Shown here one piece after another: positions 29,732 to 39,559 of a DNA stretch of 64,000 bases. The position numbers and the translations under genes are program-made. Where the stretch lies: the NCBI GenBank assembly GCA_965205485.1, contig OZ242180.1, positions 257,449 to 321,448 of the forward strand, written 5' to 3'. This DNA is from Candidatus Latescibacterota bacterium (GTDB lineage Bacteria > Latescibacterota > UBA2968 > GCA-2709665). Numbering within the stretch: the first letter of the stretch is position 1; each line of letters begins with the position of its first letter. Below the pieces are notes generated by a model. The model did no database searches and had not been told where the DNA came from. It saw only the letters and a program-made list of their open reading frames with translations.

Positions 29732-30655
29732 ATGCTTATTGCGACCCGAGACACGGTATACGCCCTGAATGGCGACCCGACCTCACCGCGAAACGTCCTG
29801 GCAGACGGTGAAGTCCAGGCGATTGCGGAAGGCCGGTCCATCCGCCTCGCGGCGCTCGATGGAGGCGACGTCGCTGTTCTGTCGCAAAACGGAAGGCGGT
29901 CGCTCGCCACCGGCATCGAAGAACCCATAGAGTGCCTTCTCATCCTGGATGAAGATCCCCTGCGGTTCCTCGTAGGCGTGGAAGCGCCGCACGTTTATGC
30001 CGTGACGGAGGACGGGACCCGGCGCCTGGATTCTTTCGACGCGCTCGAATGCCGCGGGGACTGGTACACGCCCTGGGGAGGACCCGCGGCCGTCCGGAGC
30101 ATGGCCCGCACACGTGACGGCTGGGTGTATGCAGATATCCACGTGGGCAGCATCATGCGGTCCCCCGACCGGGGCCGCAGCTGGGAACCCGTCACCCCGG
30201 ACCTGCACCAGGACGTCCACCAGGTGGCCACCTCGCCCCGGGAAGACGACCGGGTCTACGCGAACACGGCACACGCCGTGTTCGTCAGCGGCGACCGCGG
30301 CGCATCCTGGCAGCACCGCTCCGACGGTTTTCCCTACTACTACGGCCGGGCCATCGCCGTGCACCCGGAAGAACCGGACTGCCTGCTCGCCTCGGTCAGC
30401 ACCGGACCCCACGGCGACGCTCAGGGGCAGCTCTACCGGACCGATAACGCCGGCCGCGACTGGTCGCACGTGACAGACGGCTTCCCCGACACCACGGCAG
30501 GCAACATCGACACCTTTCACATTGGCTTTACGCCCGACGGCCGCGCCTGGTCGGTCGCGGACGACACCCTCTACGTCAGCCGGGACCGGGGCCTCACCTG
30601 GGCACCCGCGTGGAAAGCGTCCTCGAAAATCCGCATGATCGCGGTGCAGCAGTAA
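29732..30655 (+). CDS. BNR/Asp-box repeat beta-propeller protein
   Basis: Four SxDxGxxW boxes: SPDRGRSW, SGDRGASW, TDNAGRDW, SRDRGLTW. ATG 29732 has GAGAGGAG upstream. Confidence 0.7.
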   Translation: MLIATRDTVYALNGDPTSPRNVLADGEVQAIAEGRSIRLAALDGGDVAVLSQNGRRSLATGIEEPIECLLILDEDPLRFLVGVEAPHVYAVTEDGTRRLDSFDALECRGDWYTPWGGPAAVRSMARTRDGWVYADIHVGSIMRSPDRGRSWEPVTPDLHQDVHQVATSPREDDRVYANTAHAVFVSGDRGASWQHRSDGFPYYYGRAIAVHPEEPDCLLASVSTGPHGDAQGQLYRTDNAGRDWSHVTDGFPDTTAGNIDTFHIGFTPDGRAWSVADDTLYVSRDRGLTWAPAWKASSKIRMIAVQQ

Positions 30656-30747
30656 CGAACCTGCCGTAGCCGGACGTCCGGACGAGGATCCCTTCTTCAA
30701 CCGATCGCCCGGCCGCCCCACCCGCACCCTCTCAAACAGGAGTATCC

Positions 30748-31683
30748 ATGGCTCACCATCACTTCGTCCCTGAAACCTACCACACGGCTATCGGCGCACA
30801 CGACCCGGTGCTGAGCGTCGCCAGCGGAGACACCATCTCAACCACCACGGTTGACGCGGGCGGAAGCGATGCCACGGGCAAGCCGATCACACCCGCCGGC
30901 AATCCCCAGACGGGACCCTTCTACCTGGAAGGCGCCGAGCCCGGCGATACGCTGGCCGTTACCTTCGACAAACTGGCGCCCAACCGGAAGATCGGGTACA
31001 CGTCGGGCGTTGTCGCCGCCAACGTCCTGGATTTCGGTTACATACCCGAATTCGACGACAACCTCGGCCGCCTCCTGGATTGGGAAATTGACTACGAAAA
31101 CAATACGGCCACGCCCGTCGGCTTCGATGAACTGCCCATCGGCAGGCTCCGGATCCCGCTGAAACCCATGGTGGGCTGCTTCGGGGTGGCGCCGCCACGC
31201 GGCCAGGCCATTTCCACCGCCACCTCCGATACCCACGGCGGCAACATGGACTACAGGGAATTTGTCCAGGGCGTAACCGTGTGCTTCCCCGTTTTCGTCG
31301 AGGGCGGCCTGTTCCACATCGGCGACGGCCACGCCGTGCAGGGCGACGGGGAAATCGCGGGCACGGGCATCGAAATCTCCTTCGACGTGACCTTCACGCT
31401 GCGCCTCATCAAGGGAAAGACAATTCAGTGGCCCCGCGCAATTAACGACACCCACGTGATGGCGGTGGGCAACGCCCGCCCGCTGGACCAGGCGACGCAG
31501 CACGCCACCACCGAGCTGATCCGGTTCCTCCAGGAAGACTTCGGCCTGGATGCCCGGTCCATTCACATCCTCATGGGCCAGGCCGTGGAATACGACGTGG
31601 GCAACGTCTACGACCCCGCGTACACCATGGTCTGCAAAATGCCCCTGGACATCCTCGAAAGCATCGGTGCAAGCAGGCAATAG
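30748..31683 (+). CDS. acetamidase/formamidase family protein
   Basis: GPFYLEGAEPGDTLAV...DTHGGNMDYREF...GDGHAVQGDGEI. Confidence 0.75.
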   Translation: MAHHHFVPETYHTAIGAHDPVLSVASGDTISTTTVDAGGSDATGKPITPAGNPQTGPFYLEGAEPGDTLAVTFDKLAPNRKIGYTSGVVAANVLDFGYIPEFDDNLGRLLDWEIDYENNTATPVGFDELPIGRLRIPLKPMVGCFGVAPPRGQAISTATSDTHGGNMDYREFVQGVTVCFPVFVEGGLFHIGDGHAVQGDGEIAGTGIEISFDVTFTLRLIKGKTIQWPRAINDTHVMAVGNARPLDQATQHATTELIRFLQEDFGLDARSIHILMGQAVEYDVGNVYDPAYTMVCKMPLDILESIGASRQ

Positions 31684-31879
31684 CCAAAAAAGCCACGGGG
31701 GGAATCCTGCCTGGTGGAGGACCCTGGCGCCGCACCCAGGGTACCAGTCTTGCAGACCCCCGGCGCCTGCTGCCATTGAGACGGGGATGGCGGCATTCCC
31801 TGGCCCGGAGCAGTCGACGAACTCCGGAATTCCGCATTCTTCCACCGCGTACCCTCCAACCACCCCATAGTCAGGTATC

Positions 31880-33247
31880 ATGTCTCCGGACGAGAAGGCC
31901 CGCCTGAAAGACCTCGACCGCCGGCTGGTGTGGCATCCGTTCACCCAGATGCAAACCTACGCGCGTGAGGACCCCATTGTCATCGCGCGCGCGGACGGCG
32001 TCCGCCTGGAGGATATCGACGGCAACAGGTACCTCGACGGTTACTCGTCAATGTGGTGCAACGTGTACGGTCACCGCGTCAAGGAAATCGACGACGCCGT
32101 TCGCGGACAACTGGACCAGGTCGCGCACAGCACTCTATTGGGTCTTTCCAACGTCCCCGCGATCCGGCTGGCCGAAAAACTCGTGGAAATTACGCCCCGC
32201 GGCCTCAACCACGTGTTCTACTCGGACACCGGCGCGTGCGCCGTGGAAATCGCCCTTAAGATCGCCTTCCAGTACTGGCGGCAGAAACCGGATCCAAAAC
32301 CGGAGAAGACGAGCTTTCTCAGCCTCGAGAAGAGCTATCACGGCGACACCGTCGGCGCCATGAGCGTGGGGAATATCGACCTCTTCCGCGAGGCGTACGG
32401 ACCACTCCTCTTTCCGACGCAGAACGCGCCGTCGCCCCATCCGTACCGCTGCACGTTCTGCGCAGGTGATCGCGGGTGCAACCAGGGTTGTCTGCGAGCA
32501 GTCGAAGAAATCCTGGAACGGGACGCCCACCGTATCGCCGCCTTCATTGTCGAACCGCTCATTCAGGGCGCGGGCGGGATGCTGGTCCATCCGGAGGGCT
32601 ATCTGAAGGACATCGCCGACCTATGCAGGGCCCACGACGTCCTGCTCATCGCCGATGAAATCGCCACCGGCTTCGGCCGCACGGGCGCCATGTTCGCATG
32701 CGGGAAAGAAGGCGTCGCGCCGGACATTCTCTGCCTGGGCAAGGGCATCACCGGCGGATACCTGCCCGTGGCCGCCACACTCGCCACCAGCGAGATCTTC
32801 GATGCGTTTCTGGGCGAAGACATCGATGGCCGGACGTTTTTTCACGGCCACACGTATACGGGCAATCCGCTCGGCTGCGCGGCGGCGCTGGCGGCCATCG
32901 AACGCTTTGAAACCCACGACGTACTGGCGTCTATGCGCCCCAAAATCGAGCAACTCACGCGCCGGCTCGGCCGCTTCAGGTCCCTTGCCCACGTGGGCGA
33001 CGTTCGCCAGTGCGGCTTCATCGCAGGCGTCGAACTGGTTGCCGACAGATCCGCCGGACGGCCGTATCCCCCCGCGGAGAGGATCGGCGCCAGCGTCTGC
33101 GGCGAAGCCCGAAAACGGGGTCTTCTCATCCGCCCGCTGGGCGACACCATCGTCCTCATGCCGCCCCTGGCCATTTCCGACCGCGATCTTGAAACGCTGC
33201 TGGATATCGTCTACGAGTCCATCAGCGTCGTGACGAACCCGGCCTGA
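31880..33247 (+). CDS. bioA: adenosylmethionine-8-amino-7-oxononanoate aminotransferase
   Basis: LVWHPFTQM...YLDGYSSMWCNVYGH...LIADEIATGFGRTG; followed by bioD. Confidence 0.85.
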   Translation: MSPDEKARLKDLDRRLVWHPFTQMQTYAREDPIVIARADGVRLEDIDGNRYLDGYSSMWCNVYGHRVKEIDDAVRGQLDQVAHSTLLGLSNVPAIRLAEKLVEITPRGLNHVFYSDTGACAVEIALKIAFQYWRQKPDPKPEKTSFLSLEKSYHGDTVGAMSVGNIDLFREAYGPLLFPTQNAPSPHPYRCTFCAGDRGCNQGCLRAVEEILERDAHRIAAFIVEPLIQGAGGMLVHPEGYLKDIADLCRAHDVLLIADEIATGFGRTGAMFACGKEGVAPDILCLGKGITGGYLPVAATLATSEIFDAFLGEDIDGRTFFHGHTYTGNPLGCAAALAAIERFETHDVLASMRPKIEQLTRRLGRFRSLAHVGDVRQCGFIAGVELVADRSAGRPYPPAERIGASVCGEARKRGLLIRPLGDTIVLMPPLAISDRDLETLLDIVYESISVVTNPA

Positions 33248-33360
33248 CCCGGCCCGCGCCAACTCGCGCAAGGCTGTCGAACGGCCGCCTTACGGCGGCC
33301 TGATGCATACTCTCGGCATACCAGCGCGGACTGGTCCGAATCTGCGGGAAAAACACGATT

Positions 33361-34050
33361 ATGGGATCCAGGGGAGTCTTCGTTACCGCCACGGACACCG
33401 GCGCGGGCAAAACAGCCGTAACCGCCGGGATCGCGGCGTTGTTGCGCAGACGCGGCGTCGACGTGGGCGTTTTCAAGCCCGTCTCCTCGGGCGGAACGGC
33501 CGACGCGCGATTCCTGGCGAAAGCCGCGGACGTGGCCGATGCGCTCGAACTCGTCAATCCCGTCCGCCTCGCGGCGCCGCTATCGCCCAACGTTGCGGCC
33601 GAACTGGAAGGCCGCAAGGTCCCCCTGGAACCCATCGATGATGCCTACAGCCGCCTGACACGCCTTCACGATATCGTCCTGGTGGAGGGCGTGGGCGGCC
33701 TGCTGGTTCCCATTCGGGACGACTTTCTGGTCGCGGACCTTGCGCGCCGCCTGGATCTGCCCCTGCTGGTGGTCGCCCGCGCCGCGTTGGGCACGATCAA
33801 CCACACTCTGCTGACGCTCGAAGCCGCCCACCGGCGCAACCAGCAGGTTATCGGCGTCGTCTACAACACGACCGGCCCCGGAGATCCGCGAGCCGCCCGC
33901 ACCAGCCCGGAAGTGATATCCCGACTGTCCGGCGTCCGCTCCCTGGGCATCGTTCCCCATGATCCCGGCCTGGACGTGGATGCCGGAAACCCGGGATGCC
34001 TGCCCGACCTCATCGATCAACACGTGAACCTGGATGGCGTCTTCTTCTGA
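33361..34050 (+). CDS. bioD: dethiobiotin synthase
   Basis: GVFVTATDTGAGKTAVTAG...VLVEGVGGLLVP. Confidence 0.85.
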   Translation: MGSRGVFVTATDTGAGKTAVTAGIAALLRRRGVDVGVFKPVSSGGTADARFLAKAADVADALELVNPVRLAAPLSPNVAAELEGRKVPLEPIDDAYSRLTRLHDIVLVEGVGGLLVPIRDDFLVADLARRLDLPLLVVARAALGTINHTLLTLEAAHRRNQQVIGVVYNTTGPGDPRAARTSPEVISRLSGVRSLGIVPHDPGLDVDAGNPGCLPDLIDQHVNLDGVFF

Positions 34051-34085
34051 GTCCTGTCCAGGTCTTCCGCCTTCAGTTCACCGGC

Positions 34086-34892
34086 CTATCCTTTCTCCTG
34101 CTTCGCCACGCCGCGCGTTACCAGGTATTCGACAATCTTCGGGTTGATCAGATGCAGCCAGGGCAGAAATCTGAGCTTGAAAGGAATGATCAGTTCCCGC
34201 TTCCTTTTCTTCATGGCTTCGATGATGGCCTGGCTGGCGTCGTCCAGAGAAATGGACTCCTTGCTGTGCTTGCGGCTGGACGCGCCTAAAGAGCCGCCGT
34301 GCTTGCCGAAGGCCGCTTTGCGCAGATTCGTGCCCCGCAGCCAGTGGGGCAGCACCGTCAGGACGTCCACGCCGGTGTCGAGCAACTCCGTCCGCAGCGA
34401 CTCGAAGAATCCCTGTACGGCGTGCTTGGATGCCACGTACCCGGTATGCATGGGGACGCCGATCTTTCCCTGGATGGAAGAGATCGCCACCACCATCCCG
34501 TCGCGCGCCTTCAGATGCGGGAGCGCGTAATACACGCAGTGCACGATGCCCAGGTAGTTCGTTTCCATCAACTTGCGAAAAATGGCCAGGTCTTCCACCT
34601 CGTCAAACCGCGCCCACATGCTGATGCCCGCACACGCAACCAGGTAGTCCACGCCCCCGAACTCGGCAACCGCCGCGTCGATCCAGGCCTCGCAGTCCCC
34701 GGGTTTTCCGACGTCGCCCGTGGCCGTAACCGCGCGTCTGCCCCGCGCTCGACACGCTTCCGCGGTATCCTGTACACCCTCGTCCAGGGCGAACAGGGCC
34801 AGGTCCGCGCCCTCGTCGGCGAACGCCAGCGCCAGAGTTGCCCCCAGGCCCGATGAAGCGCCGGTTATCGCGACGATCTTTCCGTTGAACAT
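34086..34892 (-). CDS. SDR family oxidoreductase
   Basis: ITGASSGLG, the NYLG region and YVASKHAV (YxxxK). Has a C-terminal extension after the Rossmann core. Confidence 0.8.
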   Translation of the reverse strand: MFNGKIVAITGASSGLGATLALAFADEGADLALFALDEGVQDTAEACRARGRRAVTATGDVGKPGDCEAWIDAAVAEFGGVDYLVACAGISMWARFDEVEDLAIFRKLMETNYLGIVHCVYYALPHLKARDGMVVAISSIQGKIGVPMHTGYVASKHAVQGFFESLRTELLDTGVDVLTVLPHWLRGTNLRKAAFGKHGGSLGASSRKHSKESISLDDASQAIIEAMKKRKRELIIPFKLRFLPWLHLINPKIVEYLVTRGVAKQEKG

Positions 34893-34995
34893 TAGGAAAC
34901 CCAATCTCCAAACAGCCGTCAGTTATCAGACGTCAGCTAAGAACAAAAACAAAACGAAAAAACCCCTTTTCCCAAAATTCCCTGCCTACGGCGTG

Positions 34996-35489
34996 TTCCT
35001 TTTGAAGCGACCAAAAGGAACCAAAAAGTCGCCGCTGGGCGCGGGGCCTGCCTTATGCAGAGCGCGAATTTCCTTACTGGATCCGCATAGCACGTTGCCC
35101 TGCCAGCCACAGAAGAAGACCCATTTTCAGTGTGGGACGGAACCACGCGCTCTGCTCTGGAAGCACTCTGGAATGCAGTCGCGTTAGAAATCTGACTGGC
35201 CTGCCGAGTAAGAGCAGCAATCAGCCGCCAACTTAAGGCGAAAGGCGGCACCAACGCAAAACCGAGCGGTGGACATTCTCTCTCAGTAAAACCACCGACC
35301 GCACGGTCGTGGTGAGGGGGGTTTTTCCGTGCAAATCCGTCCCGCACCCGTCGTATTGGGACACGGGGCGCTCAGGCCACCCAATTTCCATTTTCGCCAC
35401 TGAGGTGATTCACGGAAAAACCGGCCCCGCGCCGAGCGGCGCCGTTCTTTTTGGCCCTTTTTCTTTGGCGAGAAAGAAAAAGGGCGTAA
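34996..35489 (-). repeat. structured intergenic element, copy R (module 1 at 35400-35489, module 2 at 35299-35342, diverged inverted module-1 copy at 34996-35050)
   Basis: The minus-strand reading is near-identical over ~90 nt to 49090-49180 and similar to 49239-49282. See findings. Confidence 0.7.
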
Positions 35490-35559
35490 AAAATTAATAA
35501 TAAATGATTTAGGATATAAATCACGTGGTCTAAAAGCGAGACTATTTAATCCTGATGCC

Positions 35560-37407
35560 TTAGCCTGTTTCTCCGAAAACGCCGTTCCGTATTCCAAATA
35601 TATTTTTCGGATCCATCGCGTTTTTCGCCTGGCGCATGACCTGCATGCTGTTATCGGTCTGGATCTGAGGCAGGAAGTCCCGCCGAACCTTGCCGACGCC
35701 ATGGTGGTGCGACAACGACCCCCCGTTGTCAAGTATCACCTGCCGCAACTGGTGTTCGATCGCGTGAAACGTCCGGCCGGGTTGTTCCAGGCCCTTGCCG
35801 TAGATGCCCATGGTAAAATAGATGCAGACGCCCGTATGGTAGGTCTGCGTCACCCTGTACGAGAGATAGGGTTTGCCGGGTACGTCGTGCTTGTCTGCCT
35901 GGGCGACCAGTTCGCCGGATACCGCATCGCACACCTGGTGAATCCGGTCCCAGGGCACGGACGTTTCGAAGGTTTCCCCGAGAATTCCGTACTGGTTCAG
36001 GAAGTCCCGGATATAGGCGATGCCGAACGTCAGCGAGTACCCCCTCTTGCCGTTGCTCGCGCCCGCGCTCTTTGCGCCGTATTTTTTCGCCAGGCTGAAA
36101 ATCGTGCGTTCCTGCTGACCGACCTCGTCGTGCGTTCCCTCCATCACGATGGTACATGCCGCCATCTTCATGGGATCGAAACCCAGCAGCTTCAGCAGGA
36201 CGAACTTCTGAATCCGGTCCTTGACGCTTTTAAGAAACGTCGGCGCCGGTTTCAGCGCCTGGCCGAACCGGAATTCGTTGTTGTTGACCAGGCGGATACT
36301 GGCGGGCAGCATACCGGTCTGCCGGAGCGCCTTCAGGTACGCGACGCCCTTCTCGAATGCCGGAAACACAAGCGCGCCGTACCTGCGAGTCTCCGGGATC
36401 GGATGGATCTTGATCACCGCCGTGGTGATGATTCCGAAATTGCCTTCGCTGCCGAAAAGCAGACCCCTGGGCTGAACGCCCGTGGAATTCCTGGGCGTCA
36501 CAGCTCGTGTGGCAATCTCCCCGGTGGGCGTCACCAGCGTCGCCTCGAGTACGATGTCTTCGATATTGCCGTAACGGTTCTTCTTCATCCCGCTCGCGTT
36601 GGTGGAGATCCACCCGCCCATCGTGGAGAGTTCCACGCTGTCGGGATCATGCCCCGACGTATACCCGCGCTCCCCCAGCGCCCGCTCCATCGCCTTCCCC
36701 GAAATGCCCGATTCGACGCAGGCCTGAAGATTGTCCTCGTCAATCCACACCACCCGGTCCATGCGACGCATATCCACGGAAACGATCGTGCGCCGCTCAT
36801 CGGGCGGACACGCCAGCGCCCCGCTCACGTTCGTCCCTCCGCCATAGGGCACCAGGCAGACGTCGTGCGCATTCGCCAGGTCGATGATGGCCTTGACATC
36901 GGCCTCTTCCTTCGGATAGAACACCATATCGACCAGGCGCGGCAGCGAATCCCCGTACATCACCCGATACACTTCCTCAACGCTCAGTTGTCCGTGGCTG
37001 TGTACCAGCCTCGTTTTGGGATCGAACGAAACCTGTCCCTCGCCAAACTGCTCGTTCACCGCGTCGCCGAAGGCGTCGTCCACGTTCGGCTCGGGCGCTT
37101 CGACGTCCCCGCGTTCCGCGTACGAGTCTTCCCGCCGGATTGTAATCCCCAACACGTCCTCCACAAAGTCCAGCAGAAACGGCATCCGATACCCCGAAAT
37201 CGGGTACCTGCTCCCGGTTACCTTCACCGTCCGATCGCCTACGAACTCGAAGCGCGTATCCGTGTATCCCCACTTGTGGGGGAACCGTTCCCCCTCGGAG
37301 TGATCGAAAAAATCGTCCGTTTCGTTTCCGGATCGCCTCCGGTTCGACAGGTGCGCAAATATCAGGACAACGGCTACGGCAACCGCTGCTGCTCCCCAGT
37401 CAGGCAT
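35560..37407 (-). CDS. FAD-linked oxidase, alkyl-dihydroxyacetonephosphate synthase (AGPS)-like
   Basis: N-terminal TM segment, then HKWGYTDTRFEFVGDRTVKVTGSRYPISG and an FAD-binding PCMH-type core (VPYGGGTNVSG). The length and N-terminal domain match AGPS rather than plain glycolate or lactate oxidases. Confidence 0.7.
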   Translation of the reverse strand: MPDWGAAAVAVAVVLIFAHLSNRRRSGNETDDFFDHSEGERFPHKWGYTDTRFEFVGDRTVKVTGSRYPISGYRMPFLLDFVEDVLGITIRREDSYAERGDVEAPEPNVDDAFGDAVNEQFGEGQVSFDPKTRLVHSHGQLSVEEVYRVMYGDSLPRLVDMVFYPKEEADVKAIIDLANAHDVCLVPYGGGTNVSGALACPPDERRTIVSVDMRRMDRVVWIDEDNLQACVESGISGKAMERALGERGYTSGHDPDSVELSTMGGWISTNASGMKKNRYGNIEDIVLEATLVTPTGEIATRAVTPRNSTGVQPRGLLFGSEGNFGIITTAVIKIHPIPETRRYGALVFPAFEKGVAYLKALRQTGMLPASIRLVNNNEFRFGQALKPAPTFLKSVKDRIQKFVLLKLLGFDPMKMAACTIVMEGTHDEVGQQERTIFSLAKKYGAKSAGASNGKRGYSLTFGIAYIRDFLNQYGILGETFETSVPWDRIHQVCDAVSGELVAQADKHDVPGKPYLSYRVTQTYHTGVCIYFTMGIYGKGLEQPGRTFHAIEHQLRQVILDNGGSLSHHHGVGKVRRDFLPQIQTDNSMQVMRQAKNAMDPKNIFGIRNGVFGETG

Positions 37408-37493
37408 AACGGACTCCAGACGACCGCAAGCGGCCGTACCATACGTTTGCGACAGCGCAATTCAATGACGGTTGTTCGGTACGTCCCGACGCA

Positions 37494-39434
37494 TCACCGG
37501 GAGGGCTCCGGATTCAGCAGGTTGGAAATATGCACCGCCTGAAGCAGATTGGCGGCTTCCAGCTGGATTCGCAGCGAGCGGCGACGCGGCAGCAACGTGG
37601 TTTCGCCCGGCATAGGGGGCAGGATCACCGCCTCGATCACACCCGGATTGATATTCAGATTGCGCGCCGGGCACTTCGGCCATAGCGCATGGCTGCCGCG
37701 AAATACGATGGGAATCATCACCACGTCCGCGGGGAGTTTCGCGAACAGCGCGTGCTGGAGCGGGAACAGCTGTACGTCGAACGAAGCCGTTGTGCCCATC
37801 GGATAGATCACCCCGGGGCGGTGTTCCATCTCCTGCAGGATGCGTGGAATCGTATGGGACGAGATATCCACGCTGTCTCTGGTGATGAAGCCGTCGACGG
37901 TTTCGAACATTCTGTCGAATTTGTCAGGGGACATTCCGAAGATGCTGATCTCGCGGGATCCGATCTTCACCGACGTCGACTTCGCCAGTCCCGTGCGGGC
38001 CAGTTGGACCACCGGACGGGAATGGTCCCACCCCATCGCATCCAGAAACACCGGGTCGTTGAAAACCGAAAACACAACGAAGTGCTCCAGCATGCTCTGG
38101 TGGGAAGGCAGGAACAGAATCCTCTGGCCGCCGCGGGAAAGTTCCATTTCCCGGACCAGTGTCCGGAACATCGGATCAATCGTCACTTCCAGCCGGATGC
38201 CGAAGGCATTCATCGTGTCGCGGGACCAATCCAGCCAGACTTCCCACGCGCGTTCGTGCCTTTGTGACGGCGTGAGGTCCTCTTCAGCGATCCGTTTCCG
38301 GCGCCGCCCAACCCGCCAGCAGCGCCTCGCCCACCGCACCATCCTCATTTTGCGCTGGAGGGACGTCAATTCCTCCGTGACGCCCACATGAGCATAGTCC
38401 AGAAATCGACCCGTATGAGAACCTGCCAGCAGCGGAGGGAGCGCCGTTTCAGTCAATCCGTCCCCGTCTCGAACCGCGGAATTCACCGCATCCACAATCC
38501 GGACGCTCAGATCGACCATATCCCGTGTCAGATAACTGTACGGCTGCCCGTACCAGTAGTTCTCGGGCCGCAGACGGGCGGGGTCCTCCCGGTGCGCCGC
38601 GAGAAACTCCACGAGCATACTCCGGCACAGGTCCACGTCCGCCTTCAGGGACGCCATGCGCTCCGCGTCCGAATCCTCCATCTGATACAGCCGTACGTCG
38701 GCGTCCGCGACCACCTTCCAGACCGAACTGCCGAACCATCCCAGGTTATTGTACGTGTTGTAGCGCGTGGCAAGCAGTTCGCCGGCGGCAATCAGGTGCA
38801 AGGTCCGCTGCGCCACGTCTTCCAGGAGTTCACGGAGGGACCCGTTCCATGTATCGCCATTCACCTCGCAGGCGTATTCGACCAGCCATCGCGGGTCCTC
38901 GTCCGTGGCAACGCTGGGCAGGGCTTCCGCAACGGCCCTGGCGTGGGACAGCGGCACCCTCGAGATCCTGGCCTGTGCCAACGCTGTCTCGGCCAGGTCG
39001 GGCGAGAAATCGTCCCCTTTTGCGAGCGCCTCAACGTATAGCGACTGGTACAGTTTCAGGAAATCCTGTCCCGTTCCGGCGCCGCTGCCGACGAATTCGT
39101 CCCGCAGCCGCAGGTAAATCCGGTTTCCCTCGTGGTAGGCCGGCGTCAGTTCGACGAAGTGGTCGTGCGCCTCCTTCAGCCTCCGGTCCCTCAGCGCCGG
39201 AACACCGACATAAATCGCGTCCACGATTCGCGCGCGCTTTCGCAGCCCTTCCAGGCCGACCTTATCCGCGCCGCCGGCCGGCCACGTCAGCTCCCCGGCC
39301 GTCCAGCCCTCGAAATAACCCTCGGGCTGAACCGCTTCGATCAACTCCGACGCGGCCTGATCGTACGCCGCACGCAGCCTGTCCGGATCCTGCAACAGCA
39401 TCCGGTGCACCGGGACCGTCTTGTTTCGATCCAT
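37494..39434 (-). CDS. glycerol-3-phosphate/DHAP acyltransferase-like protein (LPLAT superfamily) with a long N-terminal extension
   Basis: ILFLPSHQSMLEHFVVFSV (HxxxxD/E box) and IYPMGTTAS in the C-terminal half. The N-terminal ~350 aa were not recognised. Confidence 0.55.
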   Translation of the reverse strand: MDRNKTVPVHRMLLQDPDRLRAAYDQAASELIEAVQPEGYFEGWTAGELTWPAGGADKVGLEGLRKRARIVDAIYVGVPALRDRRLKEAHDHFVELTPAYHEGNRIYLRLRDEFVGSGAGTGQDFLKLYQSLYVEALAKGDDFSPDLAETALAQARISRVPLSHARAVAEALPSVATDEDPRWLVEYACEVNGDTWNGSLRELLEDVAQRTLHLIAAGELLATRYNTYNNLGWFGSSVWKVVADADVRLYQMEDSDAERMASLKADVDLCRSMLVEFLAAHREDPARLRPENYWYGQPYSYLTRDMVDLSVRIVDAVNSAVRDGDGLTETALPPLLAGSHTGRFLDYAHVGVTEELTSLQRKMRMVRWARRCWRVGRRRKRIAEEDLTPSQRHERAWEVWLDWSRDTMNAFGIRLEVTIDPMFRTLVREMELSRGGQRILFLPSHQSMLEHFVVFSVFNDPVFLDAMGWDHSRPVVQLARTGLAKSTSVKIGSREISIFGMSPDKFDRMFETVDGFITRDSVDISSHTIPRILQEMEHRPGVIYPMGTTASFDVQLFPLQHALFAKLPADVVMIPIVFRGSHALWPKCPARNLNINPGVIEAVILPPMPGETTLLPRRRSLRIQLEAANLLQAVHISNLLNPEPSR

Positions 39435-39559
39435 TTGTTGTCACTTCGGAAAAAAGCCGACAGACCGTCAATACATGATTCGGATTCGCCCTGTTCGCAT
39501 CCCCGTCGCGTGAACATACGAGCGATGACGATTCTGAACCTCGAACCCCTCCATCGCCG

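Noticed and set aside
34937-35560. RNase P RNA, tmRNA, 6S or SRP RNA in the 620-bp non-coding gap
   Set aside because: I could not find the universal motifs of these RNAs, such as the tmRNA acceptor or tag region or the RNase P P4 sequences. The region is instead explained by a repeat shared with 49.1 kb.
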